A program made the translations under genes and the position numbers. DNA of 64,000 nucleotides, from contig NC_058368.1 of the NCBI RefSeq assembly GCF_018350175.1, positions 195,178,001 to 195,242,000 on the forward strand. Direction: 5' to 3'. The DNA is from Felis catus (Eukaryota). The notes beneath the pieces were generated by a model. That model ran no database searches, was not told where the DNA came from, and saw nothing but the letters and a program-made list of their open reading frames with translations. This document shows positions 24,679-37,742 of the stretch, one piece after another; positions within the stretch are counted from its first letter, which is position 1; every line of letters starts with the position of its first letter.

Positions 24679-26179
24679 AATGTTTGCTTTCGTTACCACT
24701 GCATATATCACCTCCTTATGAAGAAACCCAGCATGAGAAACAGATTACAGTAGGGTTGTTCCAGTTGAAAAGAGTGGGGTGGGGGGGTCCCACTTCTATG
24801 TGTCCTATCTTCTGCTTCTCCCTGCAAGGCAACCCCTAGGAACCCTTCTTTAGGACTCTAGGACTTCTTGAAGCATAGTTTGAAGCCACTCTTCTCACCC
24901 CAACCTTATTCATTGCGTAGATGAGAGAACTGAGGCCCAGAAAGGGGAGGATACCCGCCCAAGGTCACACAGTCACTCAGGGGCAGAGCTAGGATTAGAC
25001 CCAGGGCTCCCTGATCCCAACCCAGTTGTTTGCTGCCCCCGTTGGGGGCCCCCAGGCCTTAGAGAGGTTGTGCTGCTGCCAGAACTCCCAGGTTGCCCCC
25101 CCACCCAGTCTCAGGGATAATCCTTTAATGAACTAAGTGGGGCAATTATGGGAGGGGAGAAGGAGGCTTTGTTACTTTTTGGTAACCAACTGGCACCCTA
25201 CAGAGCCTCACTTACCATCAGTGGAGGAGCACTGAGACATAAACCCGCTGACTTTCCACCTCAACACCCCCCATTGGGCCCTGGGGACAAAGTGGTGATC
25301 GAGCAGCTCCTTCTGTGCGGCTTCCATCTAGTACGAGCAGTCGGACCCCAAACAAGCAAAACACTGGAGCCAAACCCCCAAAAGATCAATCACCTCAAGA
25401 CATCTTCCAGTTTTCGGTTCTTTGTTCAAAGCAGAGTAAGGGGTTGGATCCTGCAGGTCGCACAAGACAAGGCCTGGCTGGTGCTGCTCCTTCTGCCGGG
25501 ACTGGCACCTGTCTTGTCTGTGCGGCTGGCTCCTGGTGGCCCTGGGGCCCCTCCCAGGTCATCTGGCCAGAGCGGCCTTCCCTGGCCATGGTACCGGAGC
25601 AGCCCCGAGCTGCTCTAGCCCTGCCTCTGCTTTATTCTCTTCAGAGCGCACAGCTCACGACAATCATCCGACTGATCTATTTGCTGATGTGCTTGTTTTC
25701 TGTCTCTAGCCCCCTATGGAAGCGCTGGCGGGCAGGAAGTGTGTCTGTCTTGCTCACTACTGCATGCCCAGCACCCAGCGTGGCGCTTGGCATTTGGGAG
25801 GGACTGTGCAATATTTGTTGCCTGAGTGAGCGAAAGAAGAAGTGAAGAAGGCAGGTGCCAACAAGCGGACGTGGGGAAAGGACTCTCATTCCAGGTCTGT
25901 CACTAACTTGCAGTGAGACATTGGGCAAGCTCCTTGCCTTCTCTGGTTAAGCTCACGTTCTTCAACTGCAGAGTTAAAGAGTTAGAGTTAGCATCTCTTT
26001 TGGCTGTGTGCTCACATCTCCCTTGAAGGATTTTCACGCAGAAATATGACTGACTTGGCCTTGAGACATCCGTCTCACTCACGAAGCTCTATGTTCCTTG
26101 GAGGCAGAAACCAAGTTTTACCTACAGTCTAAGCCAGCACAATACCGGACATACAGGAGTAACTAATAGTGTTGGGTGA

Positions 26180-26235
26180 GTGAATGAATGAATGAACAAC
26201 TGGATGGATGGATGGATGGATGGGTGGATGGATAC
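26180..26235. repeat. (GAAT)n/(GGAT)n simple repeat
   Basis: Direct reading. Confidence 0.85.
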
Positions 26236-26629
26236 ATGGAAGGCGCTCTGAAGTTCCTTCCAGGGCTAGCGACTTGGAGTTCCAGGGTTCCTGTAAGCAG
26301 CGACAATGAAAGAGGAAGTAGGTATTCAAGTGTGTGTCTCCTTTGGCATTTTAGGTTGGACATCGTCCTCAGACTCTTTCCAAATCCACTTCAGGGGTTC
26401 AGGCTGTTCCGGCTCTCCCAAGCCCTAAGGCAGAGAACAATCTCCTCCACCACAGTTAAGACCATGGAGGGAGTGGTACAAAGGAGGCATGTGACACAAC
26501 CTCATTAAAGAATATAAGACAGAAAATTATCTCATTATCCGCACAGCAAAGTGTGTTAAGGTGCTAGAGCAACAATCCCGTGGAAGGCTAGAGCCGCAGC
26601 AGAGGCAAAATATTACACTGCATTTGATG

Positions 26630-26729
26630 TTTTCAATCGTTTAAAAATGTGGCACCATTCTCAGGTGATAGGCGGTGCAAAAGCAGGTGGTGGGGGACTG
26701 GCCCCCGGGCTGTAGTTTACGGGCCCCTC
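26630..26729. mobile_element. MER58-like hAT MITE fragment
   Basis: TTTAAAAATGTGGCACCATTCTCAG...TGGCCCCCGGGCTGTAGTTTACGGGCCCCT. Confidence 0.5.
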
Positions 26730-27415
26730 AACTAGAAGGGAGAGCACGGCGTTGGGTGGCCTATCTGGGAAGCTTCCTGAAGGAGGGACATGGAAGCCAG
26801 GGAAGGACTTGGATGGGGGAGCAGCGGAGGTTTGAGACAGAGGTGAGAAACGCTAGCAGAGACCAGGGAAGCCATGAGAATGAGCAAGGCAGGCCTGGTG
26901 GGGCTGGGGTCAATGCACTCGTGTCCCATCCATAACCCGCAGCATCTGAGCTCCAGCACTTTGCGGCCAACAAGCCCCCCTTTTTAAATCATCCGGAATT
27001 TCAAGACAAGCCTGCCTTTTTCTGTAAAAATTCCCAATTTTTAGAAGTTGGCAAGGAAGTAAAGCTGGGGTTTTTTGTTTTGTTTTGTTTTGTTTTTGAA
27101 ATTAAGAATTAAAAAAACAAAGCGTGAGTCAAATAGAACGTGAGGAGGGGTGACTGTGGCTCAGAGCCGCTACTTTGTGACTCTTGGCTCTGGAGGTTTA
27201 TGGAGATGATGCAAATTGGAGTGGGGGTGCGGCGGGGGGGTGGAGGGGAGCTTCTTAACTTGGGAGTGTGCCTGCAAGGGCAGGTGGGCCCTGGGAAGGG
27301 GCGACTGAAATACACCCAAAACACAAGGCCTATGTTCCAGGAGACGTTTCAGGGGAAATCGCTGTTAAAGTAAGTACAAACATACTTGGGTAGATTGCAA
27401 AAATCACATAGTTTT

Positions 27416-27646
27416 CCTTTTTTTAAATTAAAAAAATTGTTTTAAATGTTTATTTATTTTGAGGGAAAGAGAGATAGAGTGCGAGCAGGGGAGGGGCAGA
27501 GAGAGAAGGAGCCACAAAATCCAAAGCAGGCTTCAGGCTCCAAGAGGTCAGCACAGAGCCGGACGCGGGGCTCGAACCCACGGACCGTGAGATCATGACC
27601 TGAGCCAAAGTCAGACGCTCAACCGACTGAGCCACCCAGGTGCCCC
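27416..27646 (-). mobile_element. SINEC-type SINE
   Basis: Full body, head CAGGTGCCCC. Confidence 0.92.
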
Positions 27647-27659
27647 TAAATAAAAAAAA

Positions 27660-28030
27660 ATTTTTTTTTAGTCGTCATTACATACAACGAAGCTCACTGA
27701 TTTTTGTAGTATAGCTCAGAGAATTAGTTTTGCCTGTTCCTGAACTCCGCATGTTATAGAGCCTGTGCTGTTTGGGCTCTGGCTTCCTTCCCTCCACATG
27801 CGGTCTGAGATTCATCTATGTCATTTGTGCACACCGGTTCCCTGTTTTCCACGGTCGTGCAGTACTGCTCCGTTCACCTATTTTGCGACCAACGGACATT
27901 TGGCTTGTGTCCAGTTTTTGGATCTTCTGAGTGACATCGCCATGACCATTCCTGCGTGCGTCTCTTTTGTGGACACAGACCCTGGCTTCCTGGGGTACAG
28001 GCCCCCAGTGGACCTGCCGGTGGCGTGGCT
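27660..28030 (-). mobile_element. Ancient LINE-1 fragment (L1ME-like)
   Basis: TTAGTTTTGCCTGTTCCTGAACT...GGACATTTGGCTTGTGTCCAGTTTTTGG. Confidence 0.5.
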
Positions 28031-29024
28031 GATGTGCGTCTCAGAGAAGGTAGTACTTGCTGTGAGTGGTTTCAGACTCTATCCCCAGACCACCAGGGAC
28101 CCAAGACCACTCTCCCTTGCAGTTAGGTGACCTCACTGGAAAATTTGAGAACATTGTTGGTACAGGGGTAAGGACATGAAGAGGCAGAAGACGGAGGTCA
28201 CCCAATGGTACCATTGCTAGCATCATTGTGCAGATAACCACATCGAAACTCTGAGAGCAAGCCGATTTGACTGATATCGGGTAAATATTAAGGGGAGGCC
28301 CTGGATTTAAATCCAGCATCCGCCAACTCCAGAGTCGTGTTTTTGACTGCTCTGCTCCAAAGCCTGGGCACGAGCACAGGTATTTTCACCTGCCCAGCAT
28401 CTATTTCCCTCCTCTCACTAACAGTATCCAGATGTCCTTTGGGGAGGCATCCAGTACGTATTTGATGTGGTCTCAGTGGGCAGTCACTCCGAGTGCCCTC
28501 TAAGTACAGGCCTGGCCTAGCGCTAGGGTGACGGGCACCAAAGGTCTAAGGCACCTAGGGGGCAAAATTTAAGGATGTGCTCACTCTCAGGGTCAGACAA
28601 GCACAGGCTCAGCCTCCCCTCATCCCCGCCCTGCAAGGGACCCAAGTTCAGCCAACCCCACCCCCGTAAGCAATCTGGATGTTGAGAGGAGGGGTGTCCT
28701 TCCAGGGGGAGGGGGAGGCAGCCTGAGTGGCCTGTCCCTTCATTCCTGGTTCTTCTCTCTGGGGGGGGGATCTGACAGTCACCCCTGCCTTCTTAGTCTC
28801 TGGGCTCGTACCCGTGCATTAAATTCCCCTTCTGCACCAGGTAGGTGGGGTTGGTTTCCCCACCTTTTAAGGAGCCCACTATGTTCTCTGGGACATGTTG
28901 CCCAGAGTCTCCTTTTCCCCATCTGGAAAATGCGGATTCAATGCTTAGCACTCCAGCTGGAAAGCACAGCAAATCCCTGGAGAGGGGATGCCTCTGAGCC
29001 CTGCTTCCTAATCCTGGCTCCACA

Positions 29025-29197
29025 CTGGCACCACCTAGGGAGTCTGAAGAGTCCGATGCCCAGGCTTGCACCTCATCCCAATGAATTCAGAATCTCTGGG
29101 GTGGGCCCGGGGAGCAATATTTTGTAAAGCTGCGCCCCCCCCCCCCCCCCCCCCGCCCCGGGTGATTGCAATGAACAGCTAGGGCCAAGAACAACTG
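29025..29197. mobile_element. MER5-like hAT MITE with internal poly-C run
   Basis: GAATTCAGAATCTCTGGGGTGGGCCCGGG...GGTGATTGCAATG...AAGAACAACTG. Confidence 0.6.
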
Positions 29198-30045
29198 TGG
29201 GAAACAACCTTGGTGTTTCTACAAGTACTTCTCCTGCAAGGCCCCATGGCTCCATGCCTGGGACTTTACTAGAAGCATCAGAGTGGCCTTCATCTGGGTG
29301 GCAGCCAGATGGGAGGAGGAACAAGAACCACTTATCTCCCTTAGGCCTCCCTTATCCCTGGGTTTTCAAGGATCCCAGCAGCAGCCTGGAGAAAGCCAGT
29401 GGGCTTAGCTTGAAATCCGCAGCCTGGGTCAGGCAGTTGTTGAGGGGTCTGAAATCTTAGAGCCGAGGGCCATCGAGAGGCCATTTGGGCCATTTCCTTG
29501 CCTCGGGTGGTGGGGGGGGGGGGAGGGAGGCACTGGCAGGGGCCCCGGAATAGGCAGCGGGAGAGCTGTGTTCAAGCCTCAACCCCACCACACTCGAACC
29601 AATGAATCTGGATGAGCAAAGCCGCTGCAAAATGAAGAGGTTATTTATCGACCAGTCGCTGTGTGCAAGGCGCCCAGCCGGCTCTCCTCAACCTGGGCAC
29701 ATCAAAGTCCTCTGATTCAGGGGACAGGGGAGGGGACCCACAAGCCACGCTTGTCAGTAGGCACCCAGGTGATTCTGCTCTTGCTGGGCTTTGGAGCTGC
29801 CCTGGAGGCTGGATTATCAGGGTGACTCTGAAGAGGAAAGCCGAGCTGAGCATCACAGCAGAGGGGCTGTGTCAGGGAGGATGGCATGCTTCGGATGGCG
29901 CGGCAGAAGCGTGTGGCCCAGACACAGGCCTCAGGCTGCCCCGACACACCAGGCCGCCGGTTTACTCAACTCACTCGGAGGAGTAGGATCTACAGTGTGT
30001 CATATAAATTCCGGGTCCTACATTGATTCCTCTATCAGTCACTCT

Positions 30046-30232
30046 TTTTTTTTTTTTTTTTTTTAATTTTTAAAATCTGAGTATGGCTGACACACAATCT
30101 CACATTAGTTCCAAGGGGTACAACATAGTGATTCAACTTCTCTACACATTATTCCATGCTTACTGCTGGTATAGCCACCATCTGCCACTGTCGGACAATG
30201 TTACAGTATCGTTGGCTCTATTCCCTATGCTG
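30046..30232 (-). mobile_element. LINE-1 3' end fragment (L1_Carn/L1MA-like)
   Basis: Poly-T followed by TGACACACAATCTCACATTAGTTCCAAGGGGTACAACATAGTGATTC, typical of the reverse complement of an L1 3'UTR end. Confidence 0.65.
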
Positions 30233-30249
30233 AAGGCAGTCCTTGCCTG

Positions 30250-30411
30250 CACAGGGAGGAACAGAGAGAGACGGAGACACAGGACCCGAAGCAGGCTCCA
30301 GGCTCCAAGCTGGCAGCACAGAGCCCGACGCAGGGCTCGAACTCCCAGACCGCAAGATTATGACCTGAGCCGAAGTCGGACGCTTAACCGGCTGAGCCAC
30401 CCAGGCGCCCC
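30250..30411 (-). mobile_element. SINEC-type SINE lacking its tail
   Basis: Head CAGGCGCCCC, CpG-rich body; no poly-T. Confidence 0.85.
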
Positions 30412-30637
30412 TGCATGCGGTTTTAGGCAAGGCTTTGTCTCAGCTAGTCTTTCAGGCAGTTCTCATAATTTCCTGGGGAAGGTGGCACACTGGACTGATG
30501 ATCTCTGTTTTTAGTACAACCCCCTCATTGGTTACATGGCCAGTAGGAGTCAATAAACAGAGGGGCCCAAATCTAAACATAGACATGTGATCCAAAATCC
30601 AATAATCCTGGACCAAGATTATCTACCTCTCTTCTTG

Positions 30638-30722
30638 CCCATCCATTCATCCATCATCCAACCACTCATGCATCCATCCATCCATCCATCTACCCATCCA
30701 TCTCTGTGTCTGTCCATCCATG
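30638..30722. repeat. Degenerate (CCAT)n simple repeat
   Basis: Direct reading. Confidence 0.8.
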
Positions 30723-31039
30723 CTTTGCTAACTTACTTTCATCTGCTTATTTCCCTCGTCTATTTAATAAACTCATCTATTTCTATGTATCCATTTATCA
30801 TGAGTTGGTCTCTGTAACAATCTCTCTATTCAGTTTAGCAAACATTTATTCAGAGTCTGTTACACTCTCCATATTGTACGTATTGTATCTGTTGCTTCCA
30901 CTCTCCGTAGACTTCATCTTCCCACTGAATGCTTTTCTCCTCTGACCTTTCTGCAGGATCCATACTCTGTGTGACCGCAATCTCCACTTGCCTCTCTCCT
31001 GACCCCCATGCTTGTGAGTGGACCCCTTGTCCTTTCTTC

Positions 31040-31253
31040 TTTTTTTTTTAAGTTTATTTATTTATTTTGAGAGAGAGAGAGAGAGAGAGAGCACGAGCAG
31101 GGGAGAGGCAGAGAGAGAGGGAGAGAGAGGATCCCAAGCAGGCTCTGTGCAGCAAGCATGGAACCCGACACGGGGCTCGAACTCATGAACCATGAGATCA
31201 TGAGCCGAAACCAAGAGTTGGATGCTTAACCAGCTGAGCCACCCAGGTACCCC
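31040..31253 (-). mobile_element. SINEC-type SINE
   Basis: Poly-T, (GA)n, head. Confidence 0.92.
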
Positions 31254-33133
31254 CCTTCTTGACCTTTCTTGACTGCTTTCACCTGGTTCTTCCATTCCTG
31301 TCCTATGCTAGACTCTAGGCAAATATTGATTGACTGGATGACTGGACTCCTAGCTGAGATGTTTGCATCAATTCTTTTCCAGGGTTCCATATCCATTCCC
31401 AGTCTAGAGCTACGCACGCGGTAAGAATTTTATTCATAATGGTGGCCCTAAATTCATAGTCCTTGGGAGTTGGAAAGGACTTTTCAACTTGTATTCATTC
31501 AACAAAACTCGCATAGCTTTGCTTGAAAGATGTGCTTGTCAGGCATAGAGATTACTGATTATTTTACAGTTGGGGAGGGGGAAGCTCTGAGGACAGGGGC
31601 TTGCTCAAGGTCCCACAGCTATGGCAGAGCCTTGAGGACAGTGAAGAGATTGCCACTACTCTAGACCCAGACAGCTCCTGAATTCCCCACAGAGCCATAT
31701 GGCGTGTGCTTGAAGTTCCCCAGAGCGGAGGTACTGGGAAATCACGATCTATCTTACCAGGTCAAACCAGTCTGGCTTCATCACGAGCCACAGGGAGCTG
31801 CCTTCTGGGGGGTAGAAGAGCCTGAGTCAGTCCCTGCCTGCACAGATGACATCAGGGTGACCGGGGGCTGGCAAGGGAAGGGGGGCATGGCCCGAAAGTA
31901 TGGGCCCTGGAAGGGAAGTGGAGGGGACCTAGGAGGAAGGGAAGGGAAAGTGGGGGGCCCTACCTGAGCAGTGGAGTCCAGCCCCAAGACTCTCCAGACA
32001 GGCTACACTTCCCCTCATCCCTGGGAAATATCCTGCTAACTCTGCCCCTTGTCTACGTTACAATCAGACTCATAAGGTATGATGTCAGTGTTTATCTAGC
32101 TCAGTGGTTCTCAAACTCGAGTGAGCCCCAGAATGACCTGGAGAGCTCCAAGCGTGGGTGGATCTGTGTGAACTCCACGAAAAGACCCCACGACGAACTG
32201 CTGAGTAAGTCGTGGAATGACACACAAGATGCGATTTTCACAACCACTCTCCTTCCCCAGACACATAAAAGGCCCCAAATGTTATATATTTCCTTCTGGA
32301 ATATCTATGTATGGATATAAATATCTACAAAGGTCACACACCTAGATGATTATACTGGTCGCCTTTGCAGTAGGTATTTGTGGTAGTAGCAAAGAGGGCT
32401 TTAACCTTCCATGTAATGTTTTATTATTTCACAAGGAAAATTACCATGTATTACTTATGTAAATGCAAAATTTAAATAAGATGTCTCCAAATTCGTTTGC
32501 CCATTTTATCTGGTTGGAAGTGCGAGGATCTGCATTTCAGCAAAGTTTCTGGGGGCTTCTGTGGAGCTGATCCATGAATTACATTTTGAGGAAAGCAAGT
32601 CTAGCCCACCATTGTACAAATGAGTAACTTGGGAGTCAGAGAGGGTAAGGAACTTGCCTAACTCCACACAGCACGGCAGCGACTGAGTTGATATCTGACC
32701 CTGGGATGTTTTACTCCAAGGCGGTGCTCTCTCTTATACACAGTGACCAGACAAGGAAAACCACTGGGGAACTGGATATGGAGGCAGCGTGAATGTATTT
32801 CCAGAGCAAAGTGGAAGGGGCTGGGGATCTGTGCACCTCTGAGTTAGGCCAGTTGGCAGCCTCTGTGGGGGAGGGGACACAAAGGACAGTGGTGGGGCCA
32901 GAAGGGCAAACATTGCCCATCTTTCTAACTTTTCTTTGAGATTCACTGTTCCAGCCTTTCACCCCTCTGCATTCCCTTGTCCCCGTGTGGTTTGGATTTG
33001 CATCTGAGCCCTGCCTATTTCCAGAAGGAGCAGTGGCTCCCGTGAGGACAGCCTTGGTGCTGGTAAGTGTAGGCAATCCCTTCTGTCTCCTGACCTCAGC
33101 TTCCTCGTCTATCACCTATGTAGTGGACTGAAT

Positions 33134-33523
33134 CAGTGGCTCTTAAACCTGGCTGTGCACCCTCCTGGAGGCTCATTTAAGAAGCAGAATCCTGGGCCCC
33201 TCCGTAATGGGGGGTGGGGCCTGGGATGTGCTTTTTTTTTTTTTTTTAAGTTTACTTATTTATTTTTGAGAGAGAGAGAAAGAGAGAGAGAGGCTGAGAG
33301 AGAGGGAGAGAGAATACAAGCAGGCTCTGCACCATCAGCACAGAGCCCAATGTGGGGCTTGAACTCACAAACTGTGGGATCATGACCTGAGCTCAAGGTG
33401 GCTTAACCGCTTAACCGCTTAACCAACTGAGCCACCCAGGCGCCCCCTGGAATGTGCATTTTTAACACCCCACCCCCACTCAGGCCAGATGATTCCTACA
33501 AATCTGAAGTTAGAAAACCACTG
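33134..33523. mobile_element. MER5-like MITE interrupted by a SINE
   Basis: Termini CAGTGGCTCTTAAAC and GTTAGAAAACCACTG. Confidence 0.65.
33232..33446 (-). mobile_element. SINEC-type SINE with internal (GCTTAACC)x3
   Basis: TSD ~CTGG(G/A)ATGTGC; head CAGGCGCCCC. Confidence 0.92.
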
Positions 33524-36500
33524 GGTTACTAGTCTCTTTTCCCTGAGCAAACTTCTCTGCATCTTGAGCCTCAGGCGGGCCTAAGGCCTGGCCTGTGAGA
33601 AGGGCCTGGGGTGCTGAGGAACCCAGAGTGGCCAGCAATCCCCACTCCCAGGAGACCCTGGCCTCTCTCCCTGCCGCCTGTCTAGGCCCCTCGGCCTCTG
33701 TTCCGGGGTTCCCTCCCTTGGGCCGGCCTCTTCCTTACCTGGGTGGAATGTCTGGAATGTGGCTGGCGGGGGAGGGGGGAGACAGGGCTGGTCGGCTGCC
33801 AGCCCTGCCTCTGGAATTCAGGAGGGCCTCTGCCCTGCTGGCCTTGAAGTGACCTGGCAGGACGCATACACTGACAGTGGAGTGAGGGAGGGCTGTGAGG
33901 CCCGGAGCCAGCCAGCAAGTCTCATCAGGCCTCAGTTTCTTCATCTGTAAAACCACATCCTACTTCTCTACGTGCAGGGCTTCGCGGCCCTTCCAAAGGA
34001 GTTGGCATCTATTCATCCTCCGCACCTATCACGTTTCATTAGCGCGGTGCGAAGAGCTATGGGAAACTCACAGATGAATTAGACACCAAACCGATCCAGA
34101 AAACTACCATTTTTTTGCCTCCGGCACACTGCATAGTGTTTTACCGATTCATCCCTAATTGAGTCCCGACAACCCTTACAAGATAAGAACCATTACCACC
34201 TCCAGATGACAGATGAGGAGATTGCTATCCAGAGAGGTGAAGTAACTTGTCCAGGGCCACACAGCTGCACACATGCGATGGCAGAGCTGGGTTGGAATCT
34301 ATCTGTCTAATTTCAAATCCAAACCTCACCGTGTGCTCCACTCCCCCCGACAAATACAGCAGAGGTGGGGGCGGGGTGGGGTGAGGACCACACGATATCC
34401 TGCCCTGACCTCACAGTGAGACCAGAACAGGACAGCCTGCTCCACAAGGGCCCAGAAACCCTTTAGCAGTTTGTGGGGAGGCCTGCTGGGGGAGATTAAG
34501 AGATGTCCCTGAGCAGGCAGCCTTGTGATGGACCAGTAGATGTGTGATGGATGACAGTCTGGACAGAGGCCAGGCAAGAGCAAACAGAGGGTGTGGGGCT
34601 GGGGCTGGGGAAGAGTGGGCTGGCTGACGCATTCCCTACAGGGCCTAGGGCAAAAGGATGCTGAGCAGAACCTCATTCCAAACTATCGAGATTTCCAAGG
34701 CAGAGACAGCCGGAGCACTGAATCGAGTCCTTCCTAAATGCGGGTGGCAAGCCCAGGGATGCAAATCCCGTGATTTGGTTGGAGCATAACCTCAGGGTGG
34801 AGGCTAGAAGCACTTGATTAACTTAGTTCAAATCCCCTCTCTGCCCTTTAAGGGCAGGACGACCTTGGACAAGTCACTTTAAACTCTCTGAGTCTCAGTT
34901 CCTTCCTCTGCAAAATGAGAATGGAAATAATAGTATCGCATCAGGAAGATTTATTTGAGGAGCAAAGGAGATGATGCTTGGCCGAGCACTTAATAAATTA
35001 TAACACACGCCAGTTATTATTATCACAGTTATGATTATTGCTGTTGTCACTACACAAGAGGGAGAAATGGGGGTTGAGGCTGGAAATGTGGTTCATGGTT
35101 GTGGAAAGGGGGACATGGGAGCTGTACTGGTTCCCTGGTCAGGGCCACATCCGGGCCCCAAGTCTGGGGGCAGGTGAGGTTGGGGATAACATCAGAGGTT
35201 CTGTTTCAAGACCTCAGAGTGACTCCCCCCGCCCCATCCCAGCTTCCTGTTGGGGTGACCTAAACAAGGCCACGGAACCAGCCAGCCTGGCTCCAGTAGC
35301 TCTCAGCGTCAGAGCCCCACCTGCCCGCGCCAGCCTGGGGCGGGCCGACCGCGGGCTGGATGAGCAGCAGGTGAGCTGCTCATGCTCACCGGCCTGGCCA
35401 ACAAGGCCGGACGCTTCTCCTGGCAGGAGCCTGTCAGAACTGCCAGCTGGGGGTCAGGATGAGCTGGAGAACCCGGTGGTGCCCAGATGCCCGTGGCCAG
35501 CAGGTCTGCTGAGTGTTTGATTACATTCCCGAGCACCCCAGGCAACGCCAGGGCTGGCTGTTCCAACTCCTGCTGGGTCCCGTCTGTCCGCTACAGAGCT
35601 GACATCCCAGGCTCAGCCCCCACGGCCCACCTGCCTTCCACCTTCTGCTTCTCCCTCTCGGCTGCAGGCTGCAGCCCTCACAGAGCCAGGTGGCCTGGGC
35701 CCCGATGACTTCATCCTCCTTAAAGGCATCGTGTCCCTTTGATAGCCAGGCCTCTGGAGCCTTTCCTGTCCACAGGTCCATAGGCCAGACTTCACGATCT
35801 CCATTCTGTACCTGTCTCCCTGCCTCATTCCCATCCTGCTGTGCGACCCTCTCCAGAGAGAAGGCAGTGTGATGGAAGGGCCCCTAGTTGTGGAAATGCC
35901 AGTTTGCATTTCAAGTTCATTGACGTGTTGTCTTAAAGGAGCCAGTCCGTCAGCCAACTGTCCCCCGTGAGCTGAATCTTCTCTCAAGAAGACTGGTCTT
36001 CCAAGGTGGACCCCACTCACTAGGGACCTGCTCTGGGTATGCGACACCTGTGGGTGACGTGGTGACGCCACGGTTCCCTCCACTGGGTGACCGCCATTCC
36101 TGTTTCCCCAGGACTGTCCTGGTCATAGCACCGAAAGTCCTAGTCCCTGGGAACCCCTCGGCCCTGGGCCAACCCACATGTTGGTCAGCTGACCCTGCAC
36201 ACACATCTGTGATGTGCTGTCTGTCTCGGATGATTTGCGTCTATGGTTTGTGCTGAAGAAACCTGAGACTTTAGGACACCCCAAAAGGAACCAAAAGGAT
36301 TCGTTCCGTCTGTTAAACATGCAGATAATATGATCTGTGCTCTCAGACTTTATAGGTGCCCTGGAGTTTGCCACCTAGTCAGAGATTTTATTACTGCTCA
36401 GGTACCCCACTTATACTCTCTGCCCCACAGCGAATGTGGACGGATTGCTCCAGAAAGGAAAACCTAGGAGGGAGGAGAAAGAGTTCACCCAGTCCACAAA

Positions 36501-36605
36501 GGCAATACAGCTTTCCTCGGGCAGGTAAAGGCAGTGGACAGAGACTATTTGCTAGGTGTCTCTTTGGAAGCCTACAGTATCCTTGTAAAGAATATTAGAA
36601 ATCTA

Positions 36606-36820
36606 GGGGCGCCTGAGTGGCTCAGTCGGTTAAGCGTCAGACTTCAGCTCAGGTCATGATCTTGCAGTTCGTGAGTTCAAGCCCCGCATCGGGCTCTGTG
36701 CTGACAGCTCAGAGCCTGGAGCCTGCTTCGGATTCTGTGTTTCCCTCTCTCTCTGCCCCTCCTCCACTCACACTCTGTTTGTCAAAAACGAACAAAAACG
36801 TTTAAAAACATTAAAAAAAA
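36606..36820 (+). mobile_element. SINEC_Fc-type SINE
   Basis: TSD AAGAA(T/C)ATTAGAA. Confidence 0.92.
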
Positions 36821-36943
36821 AAGAACATTAGAATTTTAGAACGTCAGAGGTAGAAGTTAAAGATCAGAGTTCAACACCTGCTTTGTTGAGATAGAGAAAC
36901 TGAGGTCCCTAAAGAGGGTTCAGGATCAGATGTGATTCCTTTT

Positions 36944-37184
36944 GTTTATTTTTTTAAGGATTTTTTTTAAAGCTTATTTATTTTATTTATTTTGAGAGAG
37001 ACAAAGACAGCGCAAGTGGGGAAGGGGCAGAGAGAGAGAGAGAGGAAGAGAGAGAATCCCAAGCAGGCTCCCGGTTGCCAGAGCAGAGCCGGATGTGGAA
37101 CTCAAACTCACGAAACCGTGAGATCATGACCTGAACCGAAACCAAGAGTCGGGTGCATAACCGACTGAGCCACCCAAGTGCCCC
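36944..37184 (-). mobile_element. SINEC-type SINE
   Basis: TSD ~AGA....ATTCCTTTT; head GTGCCCC. Confidence 0.9.
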
Positions 37185-37505
37185 AGACATAATTCCTTTT
37201 AATTCTACAACATGCCTGGTACCGTGTAGGAAACATGGGTGCCCTGGGCCCAGCCCCAGAGAGTAGAATGTGCTTGATCTGGGATGGGGCCTGGGCATCA
37301 GGATTGGCAAAAGCTTCCCAGGTGATGCCAATGTGCAGCCTTGGCTGAGAACCATCGAGTCAGACAGAGATCTGTCCCCGAGGAGATTTAAAATGGAGTG
37401 GGCCAGGGGCTGAAGTGAAGAGAGGTACACACGGAGGCAGAACACAAAGCAGAGGGTCACACGGGAGTTTCAGCCAGAGGACTACAGGGAGGAGGGACAG
37501 ACGCA

Positions 37506-37742
37506 GGGCAGTGCAGCCCAGTGGTTAAGGAGTTCAGACAGATGGGAGCTTGAAACTTAGCTTAGTCTAGGCCTGTGACCTTGGGCAAGTAATTAAGGCT
37601 TTTCTGAGCTTCAGTTTCTTCATCTGAAAAATAGAGTATGATAAAAGTGCCTAATCCACCAGGGTGGTGTACAGAGAAATGAGATAATCCCTGCTGAGCT
37701 GAGTGCTGACATAAAGATTAGCCATTGTTGTTATTATTATTA
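37506..37742 (+). mobile_element. MIR SINE, near full length
   Basis: CAGTGGTTAAG...TGTGACCTTGGGCAAGT...TCAGTTTCTTCATCTGAAAAAT core, TATTATTA end. Confidence 0.75.
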
